Source of the DNA: Squalus acanthias
Lineage: Eukaryota
Direction of reading: 5' to 3'
Assembly: GCA_030390025.1 (NCBI GenBank)
Contig: JASTWF010000353.1
Coordinates: 434,001-498,000, forward strand
DNA: 64,000 nt
Each line of letters starts with the position of its first letter. Within the stretch, counting starts at the first letter, position 1. The position numbers and the translations under genes were made by a program. This document shows positions 23,701 through 38,800 of the stretch, one piece after another. The notes below the pieces were generated by a model. It made no database searches. It was not told the origin of the DNA and worked only from the letters and a program-made list of their open reading frames with translations.

Positions 23701-26700
23701 TGTATCAATCCGAAACGTATCCCACTGCCCCACTCTCTCCCCATAGCCCTGTATCAATCCCGAACTAATCCCACTGCCCGCTCTCTCCCCGTAGCCCTGT
23801 ATCAATCCCAAACTAATTCCCACTGCCCCTTTCTCTCCCCATAGCCCTGTATCAATCCCAAACTAATTCCCACTGCCCCACACTCTTCCCATAGCCCTGT
23901 ATCAATATCCAAACTAATCCCACTGCCCCGCTCTCTCCCCATAGCCCTGTATCAATCCCAAACTAATCCCACTGCCCCGCTCTCTCTCCATAGCCCTATA
24001 TCAATCCCAAACTAATCCCACTGCCCCACACTTTCCCCATAGCCCTGTTTCAATCACAAACTAATTCCCACTGCCCCGCACTCTCCCCATAGCCCTGTTT
24101 CAATCACAAACTAATTCCCACTGCCCCGCACTCTCCCCATAGCCCTGTATCAATCCCAAACTAATCCCACTGCCCCGCTTTCTCCCCATAAACCTGCATC
24201 AATCCCAAACTATTCCCACTGCCCCGCTCTCTCCCCACAGTCCTGTATCAATCCCAAACTATTCTCACTGCTCCGCTCTCCCCGTAGCCCTGTTTCAATC
24301 CCAAACTAATCCCACTGCCCCGCTCTCTCTCCATAGCCCTGTATCAATCCCAAACTAATCCCACTGCCCCGCACTCTCCCCATAGCCCTGTATCAATCCT
24401 AAACTAATCCCACTGCCCCGCTCTCTCTCCATAGCCCTATATCAATCCCAAACTAATCCCACTGCCCCACACTTTCCCCATAGCCCTGTTTCAATCACAA
24501 ACTAATTCCCACTGCCCCGCACTCTCCCCATAGCCCTGTGTCAATCCCAAAACTAATCCCACTGCCCCGCTCTCTCTCCAAAGCCCTGTGTCAATCCCAA
24601 AACTAATCCCACTGCCCCGCTCTCTCCCCATAGCCCTGTATCAATCCCAAAACTAATCCCACTGCCCCGCTCTCTCCCCATAGCACTGTATCAATCCCAA
24701 ACTAATCCCACTGCCCCGCTCTCTCTCCAAAGCCCTGTGTCAATCCCAAAACTAATCCCACTGCCCCGCTCTCTCCCCATAGCCCTGTATCAATCCCAAA
24801 ACTAATCCCACTGCCCCGCTCTCTCCCCATAGCACTGTATCAATCCCAAACTAATCCCACTGCCCCGCTCTCTCCCCATAGCCCTGTATCAATCCCAAAC
24901 TAATCTCACAGCCCTGCTCTCTCCCCATAGCCCTGTATCAATCCCAAATTAATCTCACAGCCCCACTCCCTCCCCATAGCCATGTTCCAATCCAAAACTC
25001 AACCCACAGCCCTGCTCTCTCCCCATAGCCCTGTATTAATCCCAAACTAATCCCACTGACCCACTCTCTCCCTATAGCCCTGTATCATTCCCAAACTAAT
25101 CCCACTGCCCCTCTCTCTCTCCATCGCCCTGTATCAATCCCCAAACTAATCCCACTGCCCCTCTCTCTCTCCATCGCCCTGTGTAAATCCCAAAACTCAT
25201 CCCACTGCCCCGCTCTCTCCGCGTAGCCCTGTTTCAATCCCAAACTAATCCAACTGCACTGCTCTCTCCCAATCGCCCTGTATCAATCCAAAACTCATCC
25301 CACTGCCCCGCTCTCTTCCCATAGCCCTGTTTCAATCCAAAACTAATCCCACTGCCCCGCTCTCTCCCCATAGCCCTGTGTCAATCCCAAAACTAATCCC
25401 ACTGCGCCACTCTCTCCCCAATAGCCCTGTATCAATCCCAAACTAATCCCACTGCCCCACTCACTCCCCATAGCCCTGTTTCAATCCCAAACTAATCCAA
25501 CTGCCCCGCCCTCTCCTCATAGCCCTGTATCAATCCCAAACTAATGCTATTGCCACGCGCTCTCCCCATCGTCCTGTATCAATCCCAAACTAATCCCACT
25601 GCACCGCAATTTCCCCAGAGCCCTGTATCAATCCAAAATTAATCCCACTGCACCGCTCTCTCCCCATAGCGCTATATCAATCCCAAATTAATCCCACTTC
25701 CCTGCTCTCTCCCCATAGACCTGTATCAATCCCAAACTAGTCCCACTGCCCCTCTCTCTCCCCATAGACCTGTATCAATCCCAAACTAATCCAACTGCCC
25801 CTCTCTCTCCCCATCGCCCTGTATCAATCTCAAACTAATCCCACTGCCCCGCTCTCTCTCCAAAGCCCTGTGTCAATCCCAAAACTAATCCCACTGCCCC
25901 GCTCTCTCCCCATAGCCCTGTGTCAATCCCAAAACTAATCCCACTGCCCCGCTCTCTCCCCATAGCACTGTATCAATCCCAAACTAATCCCACTGCCCCG
26001 CTCTCTCCCCATAGCCCTGTATCAATCCCAAACTAATCTCACAGCCCTGCTCTCTCCCCATAGCCCTGTATCAATCCCAAATTAATCTCACAGCCCCACT
26101 CCCTCCCCATAGCCATGTTCCAATCCAAAACTCAACCCACAGCCCTGCTCTCTCCCCATAGCCCTGTATTAATCCCAAACTAATCCCACTGACCCACTCT
26201 CTCCCTATAGCCCTGTATCATTCCCAAACTAATCCCACTGCCCCTCTCTCTCTCCATCGCCCTGTATCAATCCCAAAACTCATCCCACTGCCCCGCTCTC
26301 TCCGCGTAGCCCTGTTTCAATCCCAAACTAATCCAACTGCACTGCTCTCTCCCAATCGCCCTGTATCAATCCAAAACTCATCCCACTGCCCCGCTCTCTT
26401 CCCATAGCCCTGTTTCAATCCAAAACTAATCCCACTGCCCCGCTCTCTCCCCATAGCCCTGTGTCAAACCCAAAACTAATCCCACTGCGCCACTCTCTCC
26501 CCAATAGCCCTGTATCAATCCCAAACTAATCCCACTGCCCCACTCACTCCCCATAGCCCTGTTTCAATCCCAAACTAATCCAACTGCCCCGCCCTCTCCT
26601 CATAGCCCTGTATCAATCCCAAACTAATGCTATTGCCACGCGCTCTCCCCATCGTCCTGTATCAATCCCAAACTAATCCCACTGCACCGCAATTTCCCCA

Positions 26701-29700
26701 GAGCCCTGTATCAATCCAAAATTAATCCCACTGCACCGCTCTCTCCCCATAGCGCTATATCAATCCCAAATTAATCCCACTTCCCTGCTCTCTCCCCATA
26801 GACCTGTATCAATCCCAAACTAGTCCCACTGCCCCTCTCTCTCCCCATAGACCTGTATCAATCCCAAACTAATCCAACTGCCCCTCTCTCTCCCCATCGC
26901 CCTGTATCAATCTCAAACTAATCCCACTGCCCCGCTCTCTCCCCATAGCCCTGTATCAATCCCAAACTAATCCCACTGCCCCGCTCTCTCCGCATAGCCC
27001 TCTATCAATCCCAAACTAATCCCACTGCCCCGCTCTCTCCCCATCGCCCTGTATCAATCCCCAAACTAATCCCACTGCCCCGCTCTGTCCCCATAGCCCT
27101 GTATCAAGCCCAAACTAATCCCACTGCCCTGCTCTCTCCCCATAGCCCTGTATCAAAACCTAACTAATTCCACTGCCCTGCTCTCTCCCCATTGCCCTGT
27201 ATCAATACAAAACTAATCATGATGCCCCGCTCTCTCCCCATAGCCCTGTATCAAAACCAAACTAATTCCACTGCCCTGCTCTCTTCCCATAGCCCTGTAT
27301 CAATCCCAAATTATTCCCACTGCCCCGCACTTTCCCCATAGCCCTCTATCAATCCCAAACTAATCCCACTGCCCCGCTCTCTCCCCATAGCACTGTATCA
27401 ATCCCAAACTAATCCCACTGCCCCGCTCTCTCCCCATAGCCCTGTATCAATCCCAAACTAATCTCACAGCCCTGCTCTCTCCCCATAGCACTGTATCAAT
27501 CCCAAATTAATCTCACAGCCCCACTCCCTCCCCATAGCCATGTTCCAATCCAAAACTCAACCCACAGCCCTGCTCTCTCCCCATAGCCCTGTATTAATCC
27601 CAAACTAATCCCACTGACCCACTCTCTCCCTATAGCCCTGTATCATTCCCAAACTAATCCCACTGCCCCTCTCTCTCTCCATCGCCCTGTATCAATCCCA
27701 AAACTCATCCCACTGCCCCGCTCTCTCCGCGTAGCCCTGTTTCAATCCCAAACTAATCCAACTGCACTGCTCTCTCCCAATCGCCCTGTATCAATCCAAA
27801 ACTCATCCCACTGCCCCGCTCTCTTCCCATAGCCCTGTTTCAATCCAAAACTAATCCCACTGCCCCGCTCTCTCCCCATAGCCCTGTGTCAATCCCAAAA
27901 CTAATCCCACTGCGCTACTCTCTCCCCAATAGCCCTGTATCAATCCCAAACTAATCCCACTGCCCCACTCACTCCCCATAGCCCTGTTTCAATCCCAAAC
28001 TAATCCAAATGCCCCGCCCTCTCCTCATAGCCCTGTATCAATCCCAAACTAATGCTATTGCCACGCGCTCTCCCCATCGTCCTGTATCAATCCCAAACTA
28101 ATCCCACTGCACCGCAATTTCCCCAGAGCCCTGTATCAATCCAAAATTAATCCCACTGCACCGCTCTCTCCCCATAGCGCTATATCAATCCCAAATTAAT
28201 CCCACTTCCCTGCTCTCTCCCCATAGACCTGTATCAATCCCAAACTAGTCCCACTGCCCCGCTCTCTCCGCATAGCCCTCTATCAATCCCAAACTAATCC
28301 CACTGCCCCGCTCTCTCCCCATCGCCCTGTATCAATCCCCAAACTAATCCCACTGCCCCGCTCTGTCCCCATAGCCCTGTATCAAGCCCAAACTAATCCC
28401 ACTGCCCTGCTCTCTCCCCATAGCCCTGTATCAAAACCTAACTAATTCCACTGCCCTGCTCTCTCCCCATTGCCCTGTATCAATACAAAACTAATCATGA
28501 TGCCCCGCTCTCTCCCCATAGCCCTGTATCAAAACCAAACTAATTCCACTGCCCTGCTCTCTTCCCATAGCCCTGTATCAATCCCAAATTATTCCCACTG
28601 CCCCGCACTTTCCCCATAGCCCTGTATCAATCCCAAACAAATCCCATTGGCCCGCTCTCTCCCCATGGCTCTGTATCAATCCAGAACTAATCCAACTGCC
28701 CCGCAATTTCCCCATAGCCCTGTATCAATCCCAAACTAATCCCATTGGCCCGCTCTCTCGCCATAGCCCTGTATCAATCCCAAACTAATCCCATTGGCCC
28801 GCTCTCTCCCCATTGCCCTGTATCAATCCCAAACTAAACCCATTTCCCTGCTCTCTCCCCATAGACCTGTATCAATCCCAAACTAATCCCACTGCCCCAC
28901 TCTCTCCGCATAGCCCTGTATCAATCCCAAACTAATCCCATTGCCCCACTCTCTCCCCATAGCCCTGTATCAATCCAAAACTCATCCCACTGCCCCGCTC
29001 TCTTCCCATAGCCCTGTATCAATCCCAAACTATTCCCACTGCCCCGCTCTCTCCCCATAGCCCTGTATCAATCCCAAACTAATGCCACTGCCCCGCTCTC
29101 TCCCCATAGCCCTGTAACAATCCCCAAATTATTCCCACTGCCCCGCACTTTCCCCATAGCCCTGTATCAATCCCAAAATAATCCCATTGGCCCGCTCTCC
29201 CTATAGCCCTGTATCAATCCCAAACTAATCCCATTGGCCCGCTATCTCCCCATAGCACTGCACCAATCCAAAACTAATCCCACTGCCCCGCACTTTCCCC
29301 ATATCCCTGTATCAATCCCAAAATAATCCCATTGGCCCGCTCTCCCTATAGCCCTGTATCAATCCCAAACTAATCCCATTGGCCCGCTCTCTCCCCATAG
29401 CCCTGCATCAATCCAAAACTAATCCCACTGCCCTGCACTTTCCCCATAGCCCTGTATCAATCCCAAACTAATCCCACTTCCCTGCTATATCCCCATAGCC
29501 CTGTATCAATCCAAAACTAATCTCACAGCCCCGCTATCTCCCCATAGCTCTGTTTCAATCCCAACCTAATACCACTGCCCCACACTCTCCTCATAGCCCT
29601 GTATCAATCCCAAACTAATCCCAATGCCCACGCTCTCTCCCCTAGCCCTGTAGCAATCAAAAACTAATCCCACTGCCCCGCTCTCTCTGCACAGCCCTCC

Positions 29701-30976
29701 ATCAATACCAAATTAATCCCACTGCCCTACTCTCTCCCCATAGCCCTGTATCAATACAAAACTAATCCCACTGCCCCGCTCTCTCCCCCATAGCCCTGTA
29801 TAAATCCCAAACTAAACCCACTGCCCCGCTCTCCCCCATAGCCCTGTATCAATCCCAAACTAATCCCACTGCCCCGCTCTCTCCCCATAGCTCTGTTTTA
29901 ATCTCAAACTAATCCCACTGCCCCGCTCTCTCCCCATAGCCTTGTATCAATCCCAAACTAATCCCACTGACCCGCTCTCTCCCCATAGCCCTGTATTAAT
30001 CACAAACTAATCCAACTGCCCCTCTCTCTCCCCACCGCCCTGTATCAATCTCAAACTAATCCCACTGCCCCGCTCTCTCCCCATAGCCCTGTTTCAATCT
30101 CAAACTAATCCCACTGCCCCGCTCTCTCCCAATAGCCCTGTATCAATCCCAAACTAATCCCACTGATCCGCTGTCTCCCCATCGCCCTGTATCAATCCCA
30201 AACTCATCCCACTGCCCCGCTCTCTCCCCATAGCCCTGTATCAATCTCAAACTAATCCCAATGCCCCGTTCTCTCCCCATCGCCCTGTATCAATCCCAAA
30301 CTAATCCCACTGCCCCGCTCTCTCCCCATCGCCCTGTATCAATCCCAAACTAATCTCACAGCCCTGCTCTCTCCCCATAGCCCTGTATCAATCCCAAAGC
30401 TAATCCCACTTCCCCGCTCTCTCCGCATAGCCCTGTAACAATCCCAAACTAATGACGCTGCCCCGCGCTCTCCCCATAGCCCTGTATCAATCCCCAAATT
30501 ATTCCCACTGCCCCGCTCACTCCCCATAGCCCTGCATCAATCCCAAACTAATCCCACTACCCGCTCTCTCCCCATAGTCCTTTATCAATCCAAATCTAAT
30601 CCCACTGCCCCGCACTCTCCCCATAGCCCTGTATCAATCCACAAACTATTCCCACTGCCCTGCTCACTCCATAGCCCTGTATCAATCTAATGCTAATCCC
30701 ACTGCCCCGCTCTCTCCCCACAGCCCTGTATTAATCCCAATCTAATCCCACTGCCCCCTCTCTACCCATAGCCCTGTATCAATCCCAAAGTAATCCCACT
30801 GCCCCTCTCTCTCCCCATAGCCCTGTATCAATCCAAAACTAATCCCACTTACCCGCTCTATCCCCATAGCACTGTAACAATCCCCAAACTATTCCCACTG
30901 CCCCGCGCTCTCCCCATAGCCCTTTATCAATCCCAAACTAATCCCACTGCCCCTCTATCTCCCCATGTCCCTGTAT
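20735..30976. repeat. 49-bp satellite array 2
   Basis: Same monomer; more diverged monomers next to the CR1 3' end. Confidence 0.97.
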
Positions 30977-33900
30977 CGCCGGCTTTTTTGCAGAGGCCAG
31001 GGTCGGGAGCAGAGAGAGCAGCAGCACAGTGAGTATTTAAACTCACTTTCGCAGGCTTTGATTCCGAGGCCAGTGTCGGGAGCGGAGAGAGCAGCAACAC
31101 AGTGAGCTGTTAAACTCACTTTCGCGGGCTATTTTTCCGAGGCTTTCCAATCTCACAGACCGGCGGCGGCATTCCAGAGCCACGTCACATTTCAAAAAGT
31201 GACGCAGACAAGAGGAAGCAGCTGATTGGGTGAGTACAGCCAGGTGAGTATTTATACTACTCTGTAGTTTGACAGTTAAGGTTAATAGTTTATAAAGTTT
31301 AGTAGGTCCTAATTTTTGTGGTTATAGTTTCTAAGGTCTCTGTTGTGTAGCAGGGAGTGCTGGTATACAAGGGCCCTTGAGTATATCATTTAATTGTAGT
31401 GTAATTTGTGGTATTGATTTGATTTAAATTTAAATTAATTAAAGGATAAGTCATGGCAGCACAGCTCGGCCCTGTGGCATGCTGCTCCTGCACTATGTGG
31501 GAAATCAGGGACACTTCCTGTGTCCCTGTTGACCATGTGTGCGGGAAGTGTATCCAGCTGCAGCTACTGGCAGACCACATTGCGGCGCTGGAGCTGCGAA
31601 TGGATGCATACTGGAGCATTCGCGATGCTGAGGACATCGTGGATAGCATGTTTAGGGAGTTGTTCACACCTCAGGTAAAGGCTGCACAGGCAGGGGGTTG
31701 AGAACCTCTACAGGGAAACAGAGGAAAGGGAAGCAAGGATAGAAGCAAAAGACAGGAAGGAGAAAAGCAGAAGTGGAAGGCAGAGAAATCAAGGGTGTAA
31801 ATCAAACAGGGCTACAGTAAATAAACAAGCCTGAAGGCTGTGTGTCTTAATGCGAGGAGCATTCGTAATAAGGTGGATGAATTAGCTGCGCAAATAGATG
31901 TAAACGGATATGATATAATTGGGATTACGGAGACATGGCTTCAGAGCGACCAAGGCTGGGAATTCAACATCCGGGGGTATTCAATATTCAGGAAGGACAG
32001 ACAAAAAGGAAAAGGAGGTGGAGTAGCTTTGCTGGTTAAAGAGGAGATTAACACAATAGTAAGGAAGGATATTAGCTCTGATGATGTGGAATCTGTATGG
32101 GTAGAGCTGAGAAATACCAAGGGGCAGAAAACGTTCGTGGGTGTTGTATACAGACCCCCAAACAGTAATGCTGAGATTGGGGGTGGCATTAAATGGTAAA
32201 TTAGAGACACGTGCAATAAGGGCACAGCAGTTATCATGGGTGACTTTAATCTACATATAGATTGGGCAAACCAAATTAGTAACAATACTGTGGAGGAGGA
32301 ATTCCTAGAGTGTATACGGGATGGTTTCCTGGACCAATTTGTCGAGGAATCAACTGAAGATCAGGCCATCTTAGACTGGGTATTATGTAATGAGAAAGGA
32401 TTAATTAGCAATCTTGTTGTGCGAGGCCCCTTGGGGAGGAGCGATCATAATATGATAGAATTCTTCATTAAGATGGAGAGTGAAGTAGTTGACTCAGAGA
32501 CTAGGGTCCTGAATTTAAATAAAGGAAACTACGATGGTATGAGGCGTGAGTTGGCTAGGGTGGATTGGTGAAGCGTTACTTAAAGGGTTGTTGGTGGATA
32601 GGCAATGGCAAACATTTAAAGATCGCATGGATGAACTACAGAATTTGTTCATCCCTGTTTGGCATAAAAATAAAACAAAAAAGGTGACTCAACCGTGACT
32701 AACAAGGTAAATTAGGGATAGCATAAGATCCAAGGAGAGTAAATATAAATTGGCCAGAAAAAGCAGCAAACCTGAGGATTGGGAGTAGTTTAGGATTCAG
32801 CAAAGGAGGACAAAGGGATTAATTAAGAGGGGGAAAATAGAATATGAGAATAAGCTATCAGGGAACATAAAAACTGACTGTACAAGCTTCTATAGATATG
32901 TGAAGAGAAAAAGATTGGTGAAGTCAAGCATAGGTCCCTTGCAGTCAGAATCAGGGGAATTTATAATGGGGAACAAAGAAATGGTTCTGTCTTCACAAAG
33001 GAGGACACAAATAAACTCCCAGAGATGTCGGGGAACATAGGGTCTAATGAGAGGGAGGAATTGAATGAAATCAGTATTTGTAGGGAAATGGTGTTAGGGA
33101 AATTGACAGGATTGAAGGCCGATAAATCCCCAAGGCCTGATAATCTACATCCTAGGGTACTTAAGGAAGTGGCCCTAGAAATAGTAGATGCATTTCTGGC
33201 CATCTTTCAAAATTCTATAGACTCTGGAACAGTTCTCATGGATTGGAGGGTAGCGAATGTAATCCCACTATTTAAAAAAGGTGGTAGAGAAAAAACGGGG
33301 AATTATAGACCGGTAAGCCTGACATCGGTAGTGGGCAAAATGCTAGAGTCTATTATAAAAGATGTAATAGCAGAGCACTTGGAAAACAGTGACAGGATCG
33401 GACAAAGTCAACATGGATTTACAAAAGGGAAATCATGCCTGACTAATCTACTGGAATTTTTTGAGAATGTAACTGGTAGAATAGATAAGGGAGAAACAGT
33501 GGATGTGGTGTATTTGGACTTTCAGAAGGCTTTCGATAAGGTCCTGCATAAGAGATTAGAGTGAAAAGTTAAAGCACATGGGATTGGGAGTGAGGTACTG
33601 ATTTGGATAGAGAACTGGTTGGCAGACAGGAAGCAAAGAGCTGGAATAAACGAGTCTTTTTCCGAGTGGCAGGCAGTGACTAGTGGGGTACCACAGGGAT
33701 CGGTGCTAGGACCCCAGCTATTCACAATATATATTAATGATCTAGATGAGGGAACTAGATGTAATATCTCTAAGTTTGCAGATGACACAAAGCTGGGTGG
33801 GCGAGTGTGCTGAGAGGAGGATGCAGAGAAACTCCAGTATGATTTGGACAGGTTGGGTGATTGGGCAGATGCATGGCAGATGCAGTATAATGTGGATAAA

Positions 33901-35868
33901 TGCGAGGTTATCCACTTTGGTGGCAAAAACAGGAAGACAGATTATTATCTGAATGGCAATAGATTGGGAAAAGGGGAAGTGCAACGAGATCTGGGAGTCG
34001 TTGTTGCACAAGTCACTGAAGGTAAGTGTAGGCTTCGCAAAATCCCCCAGAAACTCGAACAGAGCCCTAAAGGGAGTATTTTTGGACTTTTCATACAAAC
34101 TTGGGATGATGGGGCCTAAGTGAAGTGATTTGATGTAAAAACCTAAAGATCAGGGAAGAAAAAAACCTGAGGAAACTGACTTTTTTGAATCTTACTGTTG
34201 GGAGAGACACCTTTCACAGACACAAGACAAGCTGCGAGGGGCGTGGCCAGGCAGTGAACAAATCAAGCTGTCTGGGAATTGTTTACAGTACAAATCCTAC
34301 CCAGGTGCAAGAGACAAAGCAAAAACTCACAAACACATTCAAATATGAATCCCCAGGGGCAAACAAGATGCTGGAAATCTAAAAACGATTCAATGACAAT
34401 AAAACTTCGATCACACAGTTTCAGAGCCATTATCCCATCAAAAAAAAACAATCACCAGGTATCCACAGAACAGATTTAAAAGCCCGCCAACAGACCTAGG
34501 ACAATAGGGTGGAGATTTGGCGCGTAGATAACGCTGTGTTTAAATCTGAAAACGATCAAGACATGTTTAACATTGAGCAAAAGCCATCGGAACTGGCAAG
34601 CCCGCCAAAACTAGACAATTGGACTAAGCAAGGTTCATTTGCAACCAAAAGGAATTCGTTTTAGTAAGGGTTTTTTGGGCACGAAAAAGAAACAGTATAA
34701 TTTGAAAGCCTGTGCCATAATCTCTCTCCCTTTCGGACTGGCTCACGACGCGGACACAGCTCCCTCCCTGCTCCAGCAAAACCTACCACAAGCCACGAGG
34801 AAGAAGGCCAGAAGACCAGCACGCAAAAAGAAACCAGAGCGACTGCCTCAGTGACCATCGGACACCTCGCAGCAACAAGGGCCTTCCGGAGTTTTTTAAA
34901 GAAAAGACTCTAATATCCTGTCAAGGATTCGTTGGTGAGCATTATACCTGATCTCCTGAAACCAAAAACCTAGCCAGATAGTGGGATCTTTGGGAGGGAT
35001 AAGGTTTTGTTTGATATATTGTCATTTCCCTCGCTTGTACCGTGTGCTCCCCAAATCTGTGTTTAAGTAATAAGTCTGTTTCAAGTTTGTTACCTTTTTT
35101 TCTTTTAATAAAGTAAAATTCTTTCATCAGAACCTGTTTACTGCAATTTTGTTCACAACCCCTAAATAAGTCCAAAGTCTAGGAATCGGAGGGGTGTGGG
35201 AGCGATTCAGATACCCCTTACATAAGCATGCAGGTGCAGCAGGCGGTTAAGAAGGCAAATGGTATGTTGGCCTTCATAGCGAGAGGATTCGAGTACAGGA
35301 GCAAGGATGTCTTGCTGCAGTTGTACAAGGCCTTGGTGAGACCACACCTTGAGTATTGTGTGCAGTTTTGGTCACCTTATCTGAGGAAGGATGCTCTTGC
35401 CATGGAGGGAGTGCAGCGAAGATTTACCAGACTGATACCTGGGATGGCAGGAATGACGTATGAAGAGAGATTGGGTCGATTAGGCTTATATTCACTAGAG
35501 TTTTGAAGAATGAGAGGTACAGACTAGATGCAGGAAGGATGTTCCCGATGGCGGGGGTGTCCAGAAACAGAGGTCACAGTCTAAAGATAAGGGGTGAGCC
35601 ATTTAGGACTGAGATGAGGAGGAATTTCTTCACCCAGAGAGTGGTGAACCTGTGGAATTCTCTACCACAGAAGGCAGTTGAGGCCAATTCATTAAATATT
35701 TTCTTGAAGGAGATAGATATATTTCTTAAGGCTAAAGGGATCAAGGGATATGGGGAGAAAGCAGGGACAGGGTACTGAATTTGGATGATCAGCCATGATC
35801 TCATTAAATGGCGGAACAGGCCCGAGGGGCCGAATGGCCTACTCCTGCTCCTATCTTCTATGATTCTG
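30977..35868 (+). mobile_element. Second copy of the CR1 LINE (duplication of 15841-20732, offset 15,136)
   Basis: ORF track repeats at +15136 with the same stops and the same flanks. Confidence 0.95.
34027..35222 (+). mobile_element. Duplicated solo LTR inside the second CR1 copy
   Basis: Same termini and TAAG TSD as 18891-20086. Confidence 0.93.
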
Positions 35869-35871
35869 TGC

Positions 35872-38800
35872 CAATCCCAATGCCCCGCTCTCTCCCCATA
35901 GCCTTGTATCAAACCAAACCTAATCCCACAGCCCCAATCTCTCCCCATAGCCCTGTATCAATCCAAAACTAATCCCACTGCCCGCTCTCTCCCCATAGCC
36001 CTGTATCAATCCCAAACTAATCTCACTACCCCACTCTCTCCCCATAGTCCAGTATCAATCCCAAACTAATCTCACTGCCCCACTCTCTCCCCATAGCCCT
36101 GTATCAATCCAAAACTAATCCTACTGCCCCACTCTCTGCCCATAGCCCTGTATCAATCCAAAATTAATCCCACTGCCCCGCTCTCTCCCCGTGTCCCAGT
36201 ATCAATCCGGAACTAATTCCATTGCCCAGCTCTCTACCCATACCCCTGTATCAATCCCAAATTAATCCCGCTATCCCGCTCTCTCCCCATCGCCCTGTAT
36301 CAAACGCAAACTAATCCCACTGCCCCACACTCTTCCCATAGCTCTGTATCAATCCCAAACTAATCCCAATGCCCCGATCTCTCCCCATAGCCCTGTATCA
36401 GTCCAAAACTTATCCGACTGCCCCGCTCTCTCCCCATAGCCCAGTATCAATCCCAAACTAATCGCACTGCCCCACTCTCTCCCAATATCCTTGTATCAAT
36501 CCAAAAATAATCCCACTGCCCTGCTCTCTCCCCATAGCCCTGTATCAATCCCAATCTAATCCCATTGTTCCACACTCTCCCCATAGCCCTGTATCAATCC
36601 GGAACTAATTCCACTGCCCTGCTCTCTACCCATACCCCTGTATCAATCCCAAATTAATCCCACTATCCCGCTCTCTACCTATAGCCCTGTATCAAACGCA
36701 AACTAATCCCACTGCCCCACACTCTTCCCATAGCTCTGTATCAATCCCAAACAAATCTCACTGCCCCACCCTCTCCCGATAGACCTGTATCAATCCCAAA
36801 CTAATCGCACTGCCCCACACTCACCCCGTAGCCCTGTATCAATCCTAAACTAATCCCACTGCCCCAATCTTTCCCCATAGCCCTGTATTAATCCCAAATT
36901 AATCTCACTGTCCCGCTCTCTACATAGCCCTGTATCAATCGCAAACTAATCCCAATGCCCCACACTCTTCCCATAGCCCTGTATCAATCCCAAACTATTC
37001 CCAATGCCCCACACTCTTCCCATAGCCCTGTATCATCCCAAACTATTCCCAATGCCCCGATTTCTCCCCATAGTCCTGTATCAATCCCAAACTAATCATA
37101 CTGCCCACTCTCTCCCCATAGCTCTGTATCAATCCCAAACAAATCTCACTGCCCCACTCTCTCCCGATAGCCCTGTATCAATCCAAAATTAAGCCCACTG
37201 CCCTACTCTCTCCCCATAGCCCTGTATCAATCCCAAACAAATCTCACTGCCCCACTCTCTCCCCATAGCCCTGTATCAATCCCAAACTAATCCCTCCCCC
37301 CCGCTCTCTCCCCATGTCCCTGTATCAATCCAAAACTAATCATACTGCCCGCTCTCTCCCCATGTCCCTGTATCAATCCCAAAATAATCCCACCGCCCCA
37401 CTCTCTCCCCATAGCTCTGTATCAATCCCAAACTAATCCCATTGCCCCACAGTGTCCCCATAGCACTGCATAAATCTCTAAACTAATCCTACTTCCCCGC
37501 TCTCTCCCCATGCCCCTATATCAATCCCAACCTAATTTCACTGCCCCGCACTCTCCCAATAGCCCTGTATCAATCCAAAACTAATCCCACTGCTCTGCTC
37601 TCTCCCCATATCCCTGTATCAATCCCAAACTTATCCCACTGCCCCTCTCTCCCCATATCCCTGTATCAACCCAAAACTAATCCCACTGCCCCGCTCTCTC
37701 CCCAGAGCCTTGTATCAATCCCAAACTAATCCCACTGCCCTGTTCGTTCCTCACAGCCCTCTATCAATCCAAAAACTATTCCCACAGCTCCACAGTCTCC
37801 CCATCGCCCTGTTTCAATCCAAAACTAGTCCCATTGCTCCGCTCTCTCCCCATAGCCCTGTATAAATACAACACTAATCCCACTGCCCCGCTCTCTCCCC
37901 ACAGCCCTGTATCAATCCAAAACTAATCACACTGCCCCATACTCTCCTCATAGCCCTGTATCAATCCAAAACTAATCACACTGCCCCATACTCTCCCCAT
38001 AGCCCTGTATCAATCCCAAATTATTCCCACTGCCCCGTCTCTCGCCATAACCCTGTATCAATCCCAAACTATTCCCACAGCCCCGCACTCTCCCAATAGC
38101 CCTGTATCAATCCCAAACTAATCCCACTGTCCCACATTCTCCCCGTAACCCTGTATCAATCCCAAACTAATCCCACTGCCCCGCTCCCACCCCATAGCCC
38201 TGTATCAATCCCAAACTATTCTCACTGCCCCACTCTCTTCCCATAGCCCTGTATCAATCCCAAACTATTCGCACAGCGTCGCTCTCTCCCCATAGCCCTG
38301 TATCAATCCCAAACTGTGCTCACTGCCCCGCTCTCTCCCCATAGCCCTGTATCAATCCCAAAATATTTCCATAGCCCCGCTCTCTCCCCATAGCCCTGTA
38401 TCGATCGCAAACTAATCCCACTGCACCGCTCCCTCCCCATAGCCCTGTATCGATCCCAAACTAATCCCACTGCTTCGCTCCCTCCCCATAGCCCTGTATC
38501 AATCCCAAACTTATCCCTCTGCCCCGCTCTCTCCCAATAGCCCTGTATCAATCCCAAACGAATACTACTGCCCTGCTTTCTCCCCATAAGCCTGCATCAA
38601 TCCCAAACTATTCCCACTGCCCCGCTCTCTTCCCACAGACCTGTATCAATCCCAAACTATTCTCACTGCTCCGCTCTCTCCCCATAGCCCTGTTTCAATC
38701 CCAAAATATTCCCACTACCCTGCTCTCTCCCCATAGTCCTGTATCGATCCCAAACTAATCCCACTGCCCCGCTCTCTCCCCATAGCCCTGTATCAATCCG